From Bdellovibrionota bacterium (GTDB lineage: Bacteria; Bdellovibrionota_C; UBA2361; OMII01): a DNA stretch of 64,000 nucleotides. Below the pieces are notes generated by a model. The model was not told the origin of the DNA. It did no database searches and was given only the letters and a program-made list of their open reading frames with translations. The stretch spans positions 25,824 to 89,823 of the forward strand of contig JBIKWQ010000002.1 of the NCBI GenBank assembly GCA_044356215.1, in the 5' to 3' direction. Positions 27,914 through 38,899 of the stretch are shown in pieces (the first letter of the stretch is position 1; the number at the start of each line of letters is the position of its first letter). Both the position numbers and the translations under genes were made by a program.

Positions 27914-30900
27914 ATGGCACCTAAGATATCTTTACCGATAACCTCGCAATTAGGGTTTTTAGCAAAGGTCCTGCGTTCCGCCCTTGGGATCCTTGTGGCG
28001 TTGATGAGTGTGATAGGAGTAGGGATGGAGGCATCCGCCACTACCCCTACTGCGAGTCCGACAGTTGGGTCGGGAAGCTCCAGAGATTGGCGAGTCTTCG
28101 TGAGTAGGACTGCCAAGCAGGGAAATTTCGGAGGCATCGCGGCAGCCGATAGCATCTGTCAACAGGAAGCGACGCAGGCAGGTCGTACAGGAACCTGGAT
28201 TTCCATTCTTTCTGATCAGAGCCAGAGCGCCAAAGACAGAATTATAGCCTTAAATGGCGGCGTCGATGTGGCGACTGAGATCCGCGATCTCTCTCCGGAG
28301 AGACGGCTCGTGGCGGTAGGAACAAGCGGAACCAAGGGTCTGTGGAGTGGTGGACTGATCAACCGAATTGAATTTCACGCTGATTCCGTGAATACCTTTA
28401 GCTCTTTGGTCTGGTCAGGAACTAATAAGGATGGTTCAAAAGATGGCCGAGAAACCGCTTGTAACAATTGGACAGCGATTAACCGCGGAGTAGAGAGCGG
28501 ACGCACAGATCGTATAGATGCCACCTGGATAGCCATATACAATGGTGAGGGATCTCCGGGAAACTCCTGTGCTAATTCCGGGCGGTTCTACTGTATCGGC
28601 AAGACAAATGACCCGATCAGCGCACCGGCGACCCCGACCTTTACCTATACACCTACGGTGCATCCGACGATCACCGCGACATCGACCTCAACTCCGACGC
28701 CGACCTTCACCGCCGTCAAGACATCAACTCCTACTTTTACGCCGACGTGGACATTCACTCCAACTAATACGGCAACCCCTACACCAGCGGCTGCTGGGCG
28801 CGTTTATTCAGGCAGCTCACTAATTATGGGGTATCTTGCTCAAGGCTCCTCTGCGCCTGTTGGAGAGTATACCAACTGTTATGCCGCAATCGGTAATTCC
28901 TTGTCTCTCGAGATCTCAAATACGGGGAGCATCTACCCTGAGCTTGATGTCAAGATCGCGAATGGTAATATCTCCATAGTTACAGATAATACCAGAAATC
29001 TCGCTGCCAACGCGGCATATGTCTGTATCAAGGGTGCTAACGGCACAGTGGTAGATGCTGATGTTAAGGCAGGCATGCAGTGGTGGGCAGGTGGAGTTCA
29101 AACAGGTTCGTTTAAGATCGCCGCTGGGCTACAGTGCGTACTAAGCGTGTCAGGTTTTGATAAGAGGCGTTCATCCTCCGGTGGTGGGATCGGAACGATG
29201 AGAGCCAGCTACGACTCAGCTAGCGGTAACGTTACTGTAACCGGCGAGTCTTATGGGTACGTTATCGGAGTTAGCTACATCTGCGTTGATCCTAAGTCGA
29301 CTAACAAGACACCAGTACACATCGGACAGTACGCGCGTGATGTTGCCGGAGCTAGCGCTTTGTTAGCAAAGGACCTGCAAGTTAGCCCTGGCATCAACTA
29401 TTTCTCAACTAACGGCTGCAGCAGTGACGCTATTGGACAGCATCAGTACAACAGAGATTCCGGAATGGCTTATAAGGGTGGAGCAACAGGTTGCGGCACT
29501 GGTGTGGCATCCTACAGCTACCTAGGAGTAGGCGGAACTATCGCAGGAACTCCAAGTTGCCGTGACGGCAAAGACAACGATGGCGACGGGCTAGTTGACT
29601 TCCCAGCCGACCCAGGTTGCTTAGACGTCAACGATGTCGACGAGTCTAACTCATTTGACCCAGGCGGAGCTCAGTGTAACGACGGGCTCGATAACGACAA
29701 CGATGGCTTAGTCGATGCCTACTCTGAATTAGCCCCAGATAACGGAGAGGTGCTGAATCTAGCTCCAACCGGTGATACCGCTCTAGAGTTCCGACGTGTC
29801 GTTGAGGCTACAGTTAAGGCCAAGAAATTCCCAGGAATGACAGCGCCGGGTAAGGTTCTAATCAACGGATCTCAAGAGGTGGAGGCTGGTATTCTGCGCT
29901 CTGTCTCCACAGGAGCCGACTTATGGGCCGATGCAGGCAGTGATAACTCTACCGACGGAATCATGACCGACTCTTTGAGTCAGGTTTGTCGGGTCCTCGG
30001 CTATAAGGATTATGTTTCGTCGACCTGCCGCGATGGCGAGCGTTCGTCTAGATATCCTAACGGTAAGTGTAACTTCCACGGTACCTCTGATAACCGTCAG
30101 TGGGCCTTTGAGAACGGCAACTTCATCGTGAAGACAGCTGATCCTAAGTACAAAAAGACGTGGGTCACCTCGATTCAGTGTAAGAACAAGCTCTCGGCTT
30201 GTAACGACGGCTGGGATAACGATGGCGATGGCAAAGTCGATTCGGCAGATGATGGTTGCGCTAACGCAAACGACAATAGTGAGGGCAAGCCAGATACCAA
30301 GTGCTCTAGCCCAACATCAACCACTGAGTTTGAGCAGTGCCGTGATGGTAAGGATAACGACGCCGATGGCTTGATCGATCAACAGGATCCGGCGTGCCGT
30401 ACGATCTTCGACAATCCGAATACTTACAATCCTAGCTTAGATAACGAGAGCGCTAACTTCGGTAAGGTAGAGCTCATCGGGCCAAATGGTACGGTGCGCG
30501 ATGGAAGACCAACTTATTCATGGAAGCCTTTAGCCGCTAGCGCGACTCGTTACCTAGTAGAGGTGTATCGTGGAGCTGAGCTGCAGTACTCATTCTACTT
30601 CGATGGTACAAGTGTAAGACCAGACCTACCGCTACAGTTCGGAGTTGAGCATAACTTCAGAGTAAGAGGGGTTGACGCTAACAACAATCCGATTAGCTTC
30701 TGGAGTGATCCAATGAAGTTTACTATCGCGCTAGCTGGTCCGGCCATGGTGCGTCCAAATGGAGCAATTAATGAGCGCAGGCCAACCTTCGAGTGGACAG
30801 CGATCCCGTTCGCTCTGCAATACGAGCTGCAGGTTTTCGATAAAGCGACAAAAACGCTGGTTCTGCAGGGCTTCTCGACAACCACCTCGCTAGTATCGAC

Positions 30901-32539
30901 TGTGGATCTGATACAGGGCAAAACCTACCAGTCGTTCGTGCGGGTTGTTAACACAAACAGATCTACTGCTGGAGACTGGAGCACGCCGCTAGATTTCTTA
31001 GTGGTTGAGCCAACGGCTACGCCGACAGCTACGGCCACAGAGACGCCTACGGCGACATTTACCGCGACCGCGACTTATACCGCCACGGCAACGCATACCG
31101 CTACAGCTACGGAAACTGCCACGGCGACCTACACCGCGACCGCAACAGTGACTCACACAGCTACGGCGACATCAACGGTAACGATAGCGCCTACTGATAC
31201 CGCCACGGCGACGCCGACGGCAAGGAGTACTAGTACGGCGACTAATACGCCAACAAACACGCCGACGGATACGCCGACGGACACGCCAACAAATACTCCG
31301 ACGAATACGCCGACGGTAACACCGACGAATACTCACACGGCGACACAAACGGCAACGTACACTGCTACAGCGACGTATACTGCTACAGCGACGTATACCG
31401 CTACAGCTACTTACACCGCTACTGCAACCGCTACGGCAACCGCGACGGAGACGGCAACCGCGACTCCGACTAACGAGCCGCCACTGTTAACTCTCGGAGT
31501 GGAGTGTGTGAGCAAAAACGTCGATGGAACGAGAACGGCATACTTCTCCTATAACAACCTTACAGGAGGGGATGTCACTGTGGCCAACAACACGGCCCTC
31601 GGAACTATCAACGAGTTCAAGGCGACTACAACGACTTCCGCTACGCCGCCTGCTACCTTCAAGTTAGGCCAGGCCAAGGGAGCGGTCGTAGTTCCATACT
31701 CCAGTGGCTCTGTGACCTGGACAGTTAAGGCTCCGAAGAGCTTGCGTTCGGAAGCTATAGCATCCGACTCAAGCCCAGAGTGTCCAGTGGTTCAACCTCT
31801 AGCCGACTGTCGCGGCTACGAGAGTGGAGTGCTCAAGGTTAAGCTTGGTTACAGTAATCCGGGCTCATTCGAGCAGAGTGTTCCTGTGGGTAAGCTAAAC
31901 AGCTTCACCTCTGGAAGCACAGATCGTGGCCAGCCCAATAGATTCTTCTCGGGATTAAACTCGTCGGTGTTCCAGATCGCTTTGTCTGATCCGAACGAGA
32001 AGGTAACATGGAGTGTAAACGGCAAATCCGTCGTTATCGATAACACCCTAAAGGTCTGCTCAGGACAGTGCGTTGACCTACCGGCCGGCACTATCAAGGG
32101 TAATCTGGATAGAATAGCTGGAGAGCTGTCGGGTGTGGTTAACCGCGCGGCGAGCCTCCTCGCGAGTGTCAAAGATAGGAACATGAATGGGCGTACATCG
32201 CCAAGAGATAGAACTGATGCGGGGCGAGCTAGAAAGAAAGCCACTTATTACGAGGGGCTTGCTAAATCGCTCACTATTCAGTTCCCAGCGGTAATCAAGA
32301 CGTGTCCAGAGGCGCCAGCATTCTGCTCGACGGTAGATCGTTTGGGAACGATAGAGACGCTCAAAGGACTCTACGCGAATCAGCGTAATACCGTGATGCG
32401 TGTGATCGCCCGTGTCCAGTTCAGATCTGGCACGACACCGACCCGCAGACAAAAGCTGATAGTACAAGCCAAGGAGCTAGAGCAGCAGGGATTAGCGGAG
32501 CTTGCTAAGTTACCGCGCTTCTCAACTGAGTGTAAGTAG
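27914..32539 (+). CDS. Large modular secreted/surface protein (DUF1554-like domain, CxDGxDNDxDG Ca-binding repeats, Fn3-like pair, Thr-rich stalks)
   Basis: [15 protein letters not shown]...FYC (DUF1554-like), four CxDGxDNDxDG repeats, RPTYSW and RPTFEW domains, TPT/TAT linkers, Cys-containing C-terminal domain. Confidence 0.85.
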   Translation: MAPKISLPITSQLGFLAKVLRSALGILVALMSVIGVGMEASATTPTASPTVGSGSSRDWRVFVSRTAKQGNFGGIAAADSICQQEATQAGRTGTWISILSDQSQSAKDRIIALNGGVDVATEIRDLSPERRLVAVGTSGTKGLWSGGLINRIEFHADSVNTFSSLVWSGTNKDGSKDGRETACNNWTAINRGVESGRTDRIDATWIAIYNGEGSPGNSCANSGRFYCIGKTNDPISAPATPTFTYTPTVHPTITATSTSTPTPTFTAVKTSTPTFTPTWTFTPTNTATPTPAAAGRVYSGSSLIMGYLAQGSSAPVGEYTNCYAAIGNSLSLEISNTGSIYPELDVKIANGNISIVTDNTRNLAANAAYVCIKGANGTVVDADVKAGMQWWAGGVQTGSFKIAAGLQCVLSVSGFDKRRSSSGGGIGTMRASYDSASGNVTVTGESYGYVIGVSYICVDPKSTNKTPVHIGQYARDVAGASALLAKDLQVSPGINYFSTNGCSSDAIGQHQYNRDSGMAYKGGATGCGTGVASYSYLGVGGTIAGTPSCRDGKDNDGDGLVDFPADPGCLDVNDVDESNSFDPGGAQCNDGLDNDNDGLVDAYSELAPDNGEVLNLAPTGDTALEFRRVVEATVKAKKFPGMTAPGKVLINGSQEVEAGILRSVSTGADLWADAGSDNSTDGIMTDSLSQVCRVLGYKDYVSSTCRDGERSSRYPNGKCNFHGTSDNRQWAFENGNFIVKTADPKYKKTWVTSIQCKNKLSACNDGWDNDGDGKVDSADDGCANANDNSEGKPDTKCSSPTSTTEFEQCRDGKDNDADGLIDQQDPACRTIFDNPNTYNPSLDNESANFGKVELIGPNGTVRDGRPTYSWKPLAASATRYLVEVYRGAELQYSFYFDGTSVRPDLPLQFGVEHNFRVRGVDANNNPISFWSDPMKFTIALAGPAMVRPNGAINERRPTFEWTAIPFALQYELQVFDKATKTLVLQGFSTTTSLVSTVDLIQGKTYQSFVRVVNTNRSTAGDWSTPLDFLVVEPTATPTATATETPTATFTATATYTATATHTATATETATATYTATATVTHTATATSTVTIAPTDTATATPTARSTSTATNTPTNTPTDTPTDTPTNTPTNTPTVTPTNTHTATQTATYTATATYTATATYTATATYTATATATATATETATATPTNEPPLLTLGVECVSKNVDGTRTAYFSYNNLTGGDVTVANNTALGTINEFKATTTTSATPPATFKLGQAKGAVVVPYSSGSVTWTVKAPKSLRSEAIASDSSPECPVVQPLADCRGYESGVLKVKLGYSNPGSFEQSVPVGKLNSFTSGSTDRGQPNRFFSGLNSSVFQIALSDPNEKVTWSVNGKSVVIDNTLKVCSGQCVDLPAGTIKGNLDRIAGELSGVVNRAASLLASVKDRNMNGRTSPRDRTDAGRARKKATYYEGLAKSLTIQFPAVIKTCPEAPAFCSTVDRLGTIETLKGLYANQRNTVMRVIARVQFRSGTTPTRRQKLIVQAKELEQQGLAELAKLPRFSTECK
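31010..31470 (+). repeat. Coding Thr/Ala/Pro tandem repeats, including an 18-bp unit
   Basis: ACTGCTACAGCGACGTAT twice exactly (31361-31396) plus degenerate copies encoding TATATY. Also 12-bp TNTP/TDTP units. Confidence 0.85.
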
Positions 32540-32561
32540 TTAACTACGGGTTCTTACAAAA

Positions 32562-32604
32562 GGGCGAGGCTTCGCTTAACAGGCGGGGCCTCGCCCCTCC
32601 CTTT
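32562..32604 (+). terminator. Probable intrinsic terminator after the large surface protein gene
   Basis: GGGCGAGGCTTCGC-loop-GCGGGGCCTCGCCC stem with a weak U-tract. Confidence 0.6.
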
Positions 32605-32699
32605 GTTAGCGATCCATTGGGGATGTTTTGCCTCGCTCGGCTATATAGTGTACGTTTTGGGGCTGTTCGCAACTGTGACTACCCGTGAAGAGGCGCTCC

Positions 32700-33626
32700 A
32701 TGAACACTTTCGCTGACAGAGTAGAGGCAACCATTAAAAAAACCGGAAGCTACCTAGTAGCCGGATTTGATCCAGTAATAGAGAAGCTCCCCACTTTTAT
32801 TTTAGAAGAGGCAGATAAAAACGCTGGCTCTGATAGTGACTATCTAGAGAGAGTGCTGTTTAGCTTCTCTGATGTTTTTCTCGCCGCGGTGGTTGGTCGC
32901 GTAGCCGCGATTAAACCGAACATCGCTTTCTTTGAGCAGTATGGGCTCCCAGGTGTCACAGCTTTCGCGCGCTTTAGCCAATCTGTCCGAGCAGCTGGGG
33001 TGCCATTAATTACCGACGCTAAACGTGGTGATATCGGCTCAACCGCCACAGCTTACAGCGCCGCGTTCCTCGGATCAGTAAATGTGAGGGGCCGCAAGAT
33101 CGAGAGCTTCGAGGCTGATGCTCTGACGGTTAATCCATTTATGGGGTTTGATACCCTAGAACCATTTATCAAGGATTGCCAAAACCATGGCCGAGGGATC
33201 TTTGTTTTAACGCAGACCTCTAATCCAGGAGCCGCGGCGATTCAGGGATTGGTCGCTGATGGTAAGCCGGTGCGGGAGCATATCGCTAACTGGCTGGCTG
33301 AAAAGGCTGAACTCTTAATGGGAGAGTGCGGATGGTCGGGACTTGGCGCAGTAGTAGGAGCGTCGTATCCGCAGGAAGCCAGAAGATTGAGGGAGCTTAT
33401 GCCAAGAAGCCTTTTCTTAATACCTGGACTAGGTGCGCAGGGCGCTCAAGCGGGTGATTCAGTAGCGGGATTTGGTTCAATCAACGGCGTCAAAGGGGGA
33501 GCGTTGATAAACGTTTCACGCGGACTCTTGGAAGGAGCAGCTAGTAGTACCGCTGAGTTTGCAGCACGAATTAGCGAGAATGTTGCGCGTTATAATTCTC
33601 AGATAGGGGCGGCGCTTCTGGCGTAG
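32700..33626 (+). CDS. pyrF: Orotidine-5'-phosphate decarboxylase (type 2)
   Basis: GFDP, KPNIAFFE, DAKRGDIGST, TSNP, LIPGLGAQG, NVSR. Upstream TTGCCT-N17-TACGTT (32628-32656). Confidence 0.95.
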   Translation: MNTFADRVEATIKKTGSYLVAGFDPVIEKLPTFILEEADKNAGSDSDYLERVLFSFSDVFLAAVVGRVAAIKPNIAFFEQYGLPGVTAFARFSQSVRAAGVPLITDAKRGDIGSTATAYSAAFLGSVNVRGRKIESFEADALTVNPFMGFDTLEPFIKDCQNHGRGIFVLTQTSNPGAAAIQGLVADGKPVREHIANWLAEKAELLMGECGWSGLGAVVGASYPQEARRLRELMPRSLFLIPGLGAQGAQAGDSVAGFGSINGVKGGALINVSRGLLEGAASSTAEFAARISENVARYNSQIGAALLA

Positions 33627-33673
33627 GTTCAATTGACTTTACTCCCAGCCTCTAGCACAGTAAGGGGCATCTC

Positions 33674-35761
33674 ATGTCACTAAAACCCCCATCATCATCA
33701 AAAGCAAGTGTGCCGCCAAGCGACTTAACAGTTGATTCATTCATCCACTACGACGATGAAGGGGATGTAATCCTCGGTGTGGTGGTTGGAATAAAGAAAG
33801 ACAAGTTAGCTGTATTAAATATCCGAGGCAGAGAGATCGACCTTCCGCGCGCTAGACTCTATCCTCTACCGGGTAAACTCACAGGAGCTTTCAAATCAAC
33901 AGGAGAGAAGGTCGCGGCACTTAAAGATCTAGCGGCGCGCATAGATGCTGAAGCCTCCTCTCTAGACGTAAAGGAGCTCTGGAGCTTTGTTCATGAAGAG
34001 GGGCGTTTATATTCAGTATCAGAGTTAAGTGCTCTCTATCTGGGGCGCGATGAGCTTATGGCTCACGCATCGCTTAGATTAGCTATAATCCGAGATCGCA
34101 CTCACTTTAAGCGCGATCGTGATCTCTTTGAGCCAAGAAGCGAGAATGTCGTAGCTGATCTAATTAGAGCCGAGGAGGCGAAGTCGAGAAAGAGAGCGGC
34201 GCAAGAGAATACGATCGCTCTCTTGGAAGCAAGAATAAAAGATCCTTCGGTGGTTATCCCTCCTGAATTGAAAGAGCCGATAAAATTAATAGAGGAGGTC
34301 GCTGCCTACATAGCGCACAGCGATCCGGCTCGGTATAAGGAGGCCCGTGAGTTTACCCACGCATGCGGTGAGCGGCTTGGCTTCCCAGAGAATATTCCGG
34401 TAGAGAAGCGCGCTTTTGAGATCCTGCGAAAGGCTGGGATATTTCACGAACACACCAATTTAAGTTTCATTAGGCACGATATACCTGTCAGGCATACGGC
34501 TGAGGTGGAGGAGGAGGCGACACGGATCTCTCTTCCGAGTGATTTATCAGGTTTTGGCCCAGAGGAGCGTGAGTTTAGGCTCGATCTAACACGCGCTTTC
34601 TCGTTCACCGTAGATGATATATCAACCCAAGATATGGATGACGCGCTCTCTTTAGAGCGAACGCCAGATGGATATATCTTGGGTATCCATATAACAGATC
34701 TAACAGGTGGGATAATTCCAGATTCGCGCATAGACCGTGCCGCAAAACGCAGAGCGACATCGATCTACTGCGCGGACCAAACGATAAACATGATACCGAA
34801 TCGTTTGTCAGAGGCGGTATTTAGTTTGCGTGCTGGCGAGGTGCGTCCATGCTTGTCGGCTTTAGTAACACTTAATGAGAATTTAGAGATTCAGAGTAGT
34901 GATGTCAGAGCAAGTTTTATTAAAGTAAGTAGGCGCTATACCTACGACGAAGTCGATGATCTGTTAGAGTCAGGAGACGACTTGTTATTGAAGGTTCACG
35001 ATATCGCTGCCGCATGCGAAGAGAAACGTATCCGTCACGGCGCCACTCGTGTTCACAAAAGAGAGGTTGCGCCTTCGTTTGTAGACGGAAGAGTAGTCCT
35101 GCAAGAGATCCATGAAGACAGTCCAGCGCGGTTGCTGGTGTCAGAGATGATGGTATTGGCGAATACGATTAAAGCTGAGTTCGCGGCGAGAAACGGCATC
35201 CCTGTTTTATTTAGGGGGCAGGAGCGCCCCGATGATCAGAATAATGATGCGGGAAAGAAGAAGGACGCGCCTGATGGCCCAGCTCGAGATTTCTCTGAGC
35301 GTAGACAGCTAAAGAAATCCTCGGTGTCGTTTGAGCCGATGCACCACGCGGGGCTGGGTGTTGACGCTTACATTCAAGCCACATCTCCTATCAGACGTTA
35401 TATGGATCTCTGCCATCAGAGACAGTTCGTTTCATTTTTAAGAAGTGGTAAACCGTGGATCGCCGCCGAAGAGTTTGAGCGGGTAGCTAGTGAGACCGAG
35501 GTTCCGCTTCAAGAGGCTGGCTTAGCGAGTCGCGAGACGAAACGCTATTGGTTGCTGCGGTATCTTGAGCAGCGAGAGCGTAATCTGCCGATTGAGGCTA
35601 CAGTAGTGAGAGTGGATTTAAAGACCCCACTTGTCGAGTTAGATGAAGTCTACATCACAGCGTCTGTGCGCTTTCAACAGCGAGTGAAGTTAGGCCAGCG
35701 AGTAACGCTTAAAGTAAACACAGTAGATGCGCACGGGGATTATTTGAGGCTTGGGGAGTGA
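33674..35761 (+). CDS. RNB-domain exoribonuclease (RNase II/R family)
   Basis: TVDDISTQDMDDALS catalytic motif, RATSIY, HAGLG..AY..ATSPIRRYMDL. Confidence 0.92.
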   Translation: MSLKPPSSSKASVPPSDLTVDSFIHYDDEGDVILGVVVGIKKDKLAVLNIRGREIDLPRARLYPLPGKLTGAFKSTGEKVAALKDLAARIDAEASSLDVKELWSFVHEEGRLYSVSELSALYLGRDELMAHASLRLAIIRDRTHFKRDRDLFEPRSENVVADLIRAEEAKSRKRAAQENTIALLEARIKDPSVVIPPELKEPIKLIEEVAAYIAHSDPARYKEAREFTHACGERLGFPENIPVEKRAFEILRKAGIFHEHTNLSFIRHDIPVRHTAEVEEEATRISLPSDLSGFGPEEREFRLDLTRAFSFTVDDISTQDMDDALSLERTPDGYILGIHITDLTGGIIPDSRIDRAAKRRATSIYCADQTINMIPNRLSEAVFSLRAGEVRPCLSALVTLNENLEIQSSDVRASFIKVSRRYTYDEVDDLLESGDDLLLKVHDIAAACEEKRIRHGATRVHKREVAPSFVDGRVVLQEIHEDSPARLLVSEMMVLANTIKAEFAARNGIPVLFRGQERPDDQNNDAGKKKDAPDGPARDFSERRQLKKSSVSFEPMHHAGLGVDAYIQATSPIRRYMDLCHQRQFVSFLRSGKPWIAAEEFERVASETEVPLQEAGLASRETKRYWLLRYLEQRERNLPIEATVVRVDLKTPLVELDEVYITASVRFQQRVKLGQRVTLKVNTVDAHGDYLRLGE

Positions 35762-35769
35762 TTCAGTCA

Positions 35770-36153
35770 CTACGCTAGGCATCTTTTGTAAAACTTAGCG
35801 ATTTCTTTATCGGCAGTGATTATTGTGGCGTCTAGGTCCTGGGCGAGTGCTACTATTACTCGGTCGGCTGGGTCTCTGTGTTCCCAGGGAAGCAAGATGC
35901 TTTTTGCCCACATTCGCGCGTCAACAGCCATCAACACGAAATCTGAGCAACTCGTTACTCTCGAGATATAGTCCTCGTAATTTGTCCCGAGATCGATCTT
36001 CCCACTTTTCCATTTCACTCCGACCTCCCAGACCGAGATGGAGCTTATCGTGAGATGGTCCGCCTCAGAGAGCGCTTTGTGCGCCCGCGGCGATAAGCTT
36101 GATGGATCTAGAGTTAGCCAGAGGAGGGCGCATGTGTCTAAAACTAGATTCAC
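35770..36153 (-). CDS. vapC: PIN-domain toxin VapC
   Basis: LVLDTCALLW, SSISVWE, HRDPADR, ITAD. GTG start overlaps the antitoxin stop. Confidence 0.92.
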   Translation of the reverse strand: MNLVLDTCALLWLTLDPSSLSPRAHKALSEADHLTISSISVWEVGVKWKSGKIDLGTNYEDYISRVTSCSDFVLMAVDARMWAKSILLPWEHRDPADRVIVALAQDLDATIITADKEIAKFYKRCLA

Positions 36154-36383
36154 AGCTCGTCCCATTCATCTTTGGTAGTCTCCAAGGCGGCATCTTTTGA
36201 TATCCGAGCTCGCTCTCTCAGGTTGCCAAACAATTCGTCGACGTTCTTTCCCTCTGTGCAGGGAATTATCTTCAGGACAGGTTTGCCGAAATCAGTGACT
36301 ATGAGCTCGCCCCCCTGTTCCTGGAGCTCCCGAAAGTACTCAAACATCTTGGCTTTTAGAACACTCTTACTCACCCGTTTCAT
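36150..36383 (-). CDS. Phd/YefM-family antitoxin
   Basis: VSKSVLKAKMFEYFR...GELIVTDFGKPV. Lies upstream of vapC. Confidence 0.88.
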   Translation of the reverse strand: MKRVSKSVLKAKMFEYFRELQEQGGELIVTDFGKPVLKIIPCTEGKNVDELFGNLRERARISKDAALETTKDEWDEL

Positions 36384-36451
36384 AAGGTAATCCTGGATCT
36401 TGATTGTGAGGAGATGCCTCTATTTTGGTTGGCAAGACCGCCTTTAGCACA

Positions 36452-36480
36452 AGTATAACTGGAGTTATGACTCTAGTCTA
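36452..36480 (-). promoter_or_regulatory. TA promoter with palindromic operator
   Basis: Minus strand TAGACT-N17-TATACT. Palindrome ATAACT-GG-AGTTAT (36455-36468) overlaps the -10 and spacer. Confidence 0.6.
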
Positions 36481-36487
36481 GGCCTGT

Positions 36488-36676
36488 CTAATTCACCAAA
36501 TTCTCCGGAATCTCCAGAGTCTCCGTCGCGATCTCGCGCTTTAGGTTTTCGCAGAGGTCACTAATCATATAGAAAGCGCGGGTAAGTGAATCCACCCCGT
36601 CAGAAGTGAGCTCGATAAGTTCAGTGGCTAGCTCTTCCTCTGTTAGCTCCATCTGGTCAGGTGTGATTTTGCGCAT
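36488..36676 (-). CDS. Small acidic hypothetical protein (62 aa)
   Basis: Helical, acidic ORF filling an intergenic gap, preceded by a sigma28-like promoter. Confidence 0.55.
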   Translation of the reverse strand: MRKITPDQMELTEEELATELIELTSDGVDSLTRAFYMISDLCENLKREIATETLEIPENLVN

Positions 36677-36729
36677 ATTCAGATCCGTGAATTTCGGTTC
36701 GACACAGGTACGTCCACTGACATATTAGG

Positions 36730-36758
36730 ATGTCGGCCGTGGCTCGGAGGATCTTTAG
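36730..36758 (-). promoter_or_regulatory. Putative sigma28 (FliA/SigD) promoter
   Basis: Minus strand CTAAA-N16-GCCGACAT, compared with consensus TAAA-N15/16-GCCGATA(A/T). Confidence 0.55.
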
Positions 36759-36817
36759 ATTTTGAGCGTAAAAAATTAACTTAGTTATACCAGGTAGTTA
36801 GGCGGGTGGCTCTCGAC

Positions 36818-37345
36818 TCACCGCGCCGCAGCCGCCTTAATAGCCAGTATTAACCCCTTATCTTCGGCGCACTCTGTCCCCGTCAATACCGACTCATCCG
36901 CGTCGAAGTGGATGCGGGTGTTTAAGATCTCACTGCCGTCTCTGTCACGCCAGTTAAGCCATAAGCCAGCTTTGTGATCGTCGGCGTAGATCGGCCTAAA
37001 GATCAAAGTATGCCCATTTGGAAGTTGCAACGAGTCGCGATGTTTAATCGCTAGGGTCTCTTCCTTGCTTGAGAGTAGCTGAAAGTTGTTAAACGGTAGT
37101 TGCGACAATCGTGTTTCAAGATCTTTAATTTCGCCGACTACATTTATCTTACGACCTTCTAGAGTAGCCTCGCTGTTTTCAGTTTTATGAGGCTCGCTTG
37201 CCTGGATCGCGCGGACTGAGATCTTAATCTCTGTATCCTCAGGGTTAGGTTGATCACACTGGGCGCTATCTACAAAGAAAGCGAATTGAGACAACGCCGC
37301 GAAGATGAGATTAAAGGACGCTCTAGAGATCTGACGAAACAACAT
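36818..37345 (-). CDS. Exported hypothetical protein in ECF sigma operon
   Basis: Signal-like N-terminus and beta-rich body. Third gene of the sigma/anti-sigma unit. Confidence 0.65.
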   Translation of the reverse strand: MLFRQISRASFNLIFAALSQFAFFVDSAQCDQPNPEDTEIKISVRAIQASEPHKTENSEATLEGRKINVVGEIKDLETRLSQLPFNNFQLLSSKEETLAIKHRDSLQLPNGHTLIFRPIYADDHKAGLWLNWRDRDGSEILNTRIHFDADESVLTGTECAEDKGLILAIKAAAAR

Positions 37346-37350
37346 GACGA

Positions 37351-38124
37351 CTATTTGGCTCCAGATCTAGTAGTTCCGTCAAGTCGATTTTGTTTGGAGG
37401 TCGCCGCGCCGCGGAATCCGCCAAGTGGAGTAGGAGAGAGTAATCTGTTTGGTCCATACTGCGATGGTTGCCGCCGGATCCAAATGATTGAAGAAGATCC
37501 GTTCGGGTCTGGTATTAATCTAAGAGATCCGTTCGCACGCATCCAATCAACTTGGAGTGGGTTACGCGAGGCGCGATTCTGAGTCAGATAGTTCGGGTGC
37601 TGAGTATTTGAGTTGGCGGCGCCGACACCCGCTTGGTGAATAATTCCAGAGCCAGATACGGGGCCAGCATGAGGCGCTGAGAATTTTACGATCTCACTAG
37701 GACGTGTTGTTAAGGTAATTAATAAAGCCGCCGCGATGGCAGCGCCTGAAGCTCCACCTAGTAAAGCTTGACGGAGATCAATACGCTCAAAGAGTGATGG
37801 TTTGCTCTCTTTTAATCTGCGCTGGCCAAGATAGAGTGCCGCGCGCTCCTCCTGTTCGATCCGAGTTTCTATCTTCCCCCAGAGATCTACCTTCATTTCG
37901 TCGCGAGAGCTAAACAGCTCTCCGCAGCTACTACGTAGCTCCTCTAACTCACTTAGTAGCTCGCGGGCTGAGTGATTCTTGGCTAGTAACCTCTTGGCTA
38001 GAAAATTTGATATGTATGAGCACTCGCCATCTGAGAAGCGGGAGATAAGGAGCTGTTGACGCTCTGATAGGGGCGATTGCTGTTGTTTGTCTGTCAGGCG
38101 CGTGTCCTTCGATCGAGTGTTCAT
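37351..38124 (-). CDS. Putative transmembrane anti-sigma factor
   Basis: LISRFSDGE anti-sigma-like N-terminus, DLWGKIE, single TM. Overlaps the sigma gene stop. Confidence 0.7.
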   Translation of the reverse strand: MNTRSKDTRLTDKQQQSPLSERQQLLISRFSDGECSYISNFLAKRLLAKNHSARELLSELEELRSSCGELFSSRDEMKVDLWGKIETRIEQEERAALYLGQRRLKESKPSLFERIDLRQALLGGASGAAIAAALLITLTTRPSEIVKFSAPHAGPVSGSGIIHQAGVGAANSNTQHPNYLTQNRASRNPLQVDWMRANGSLRLIPDPNGSSSIIWIRRQPSQYGPNRLLSPTPLGGFRGAATSKQNRLDGTTRSGAK

Positions 38125-38774
38125 TTGTGAGACTCCGGAGCTAGTTCCTTAAGCGCCTGTTGAAGGGCTTTGCGGGCATAAAACAATCTGCTCATAACTG
38201 TTCCCCTTGGTACACCGAGTGCCGCCGAAATATCTTCATAATCAAGTCCATCAACTTCACGCAAGATGATTACTGCTCGATGCTCATCCGAGAGTTGGGC
38301 CAGAACCTGTTCCAGCTTTCGTCCCATCTCTTTTCTTAGCAGCGCTTCCTGCGGACCCTCGACATTCTGCGAGAGGGGCGCGCCATCAGCGGGGCCTGAA
38401 TCGGAGCCATCAGCGCTTGATCTATTACTCAAGACGCCGAAATCCTCTTTATATTCAAAATGGTGGCCGCCACGGCGTTGGTTTTTTCTCTGCAGGTCCA
38501 CCGCCATATTAAAGGTGATGCGGTGCAGCCAAGTATAGAAGGAGGACTCGTTCTTAAACTTATCTAATGATAAGAACGCTTTAACAAAGCTTTCTTGAAC
38601 GATATCTTCGGCATCCTCGGTGTTCTTAACGATATCCAGCGCCATACGCATCAGGCGCGCCTGATAGCGCTCTACGAGAGTCCTGTAAGCTCCTCGGTCC
38701 CCGTTTAGGGTAGCGTTGACCAATTCCGCGTCTTGCGGACCGCTGGGGGTATTTCTCTCCTTGGAGTTGGTCAT
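38121..38774 (-). CDS. ECF sigma factor (RpoE-like)
   Basis: DAEDIVQESFVKAF, FYTWLHRITFN, LREVDGLDYEDIS..LGVPRGTVMSRLFYAR. Confidence 0.93.
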   Translation of the reverse strand: MTNSKERNTPSGPQDAELVNATLNGDRGAYRTLVERYQARLMRMALDIVKNTEDAEDIVQESFVKAFLSLDKFKNESSFYTWLHRITFNMAVDLQRKNQRRGGHHFEYKEDFGVLSNRSSADGSDSGPADGAPLSQNVEGPQEALLRKEMGRKLEQVLAQLSDEHRAVIILREVDGLDYEDISAALGVPRGTVMSRLFYARKALQQALKELAPESHK

Positions 38775-38899
38775 AGGGGCGTTAACAGTACAGGGACGGG
38801 GCGTCTTCAAGCAACCCCTGGCAAGCAGGATAAGCGTCATTCTATTGGTCTATAGGTGGATCGCGCTAATCTTATGCTATGCAGTTCTAAGGGTTTGGA

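Noticed and set aside
31010..31470. Tandem repeats as a possible CRISPR array
   Set aside because: In-frame coding Thr/Ala/Pro repeats with no unique spacers, and no cas genes in the window.
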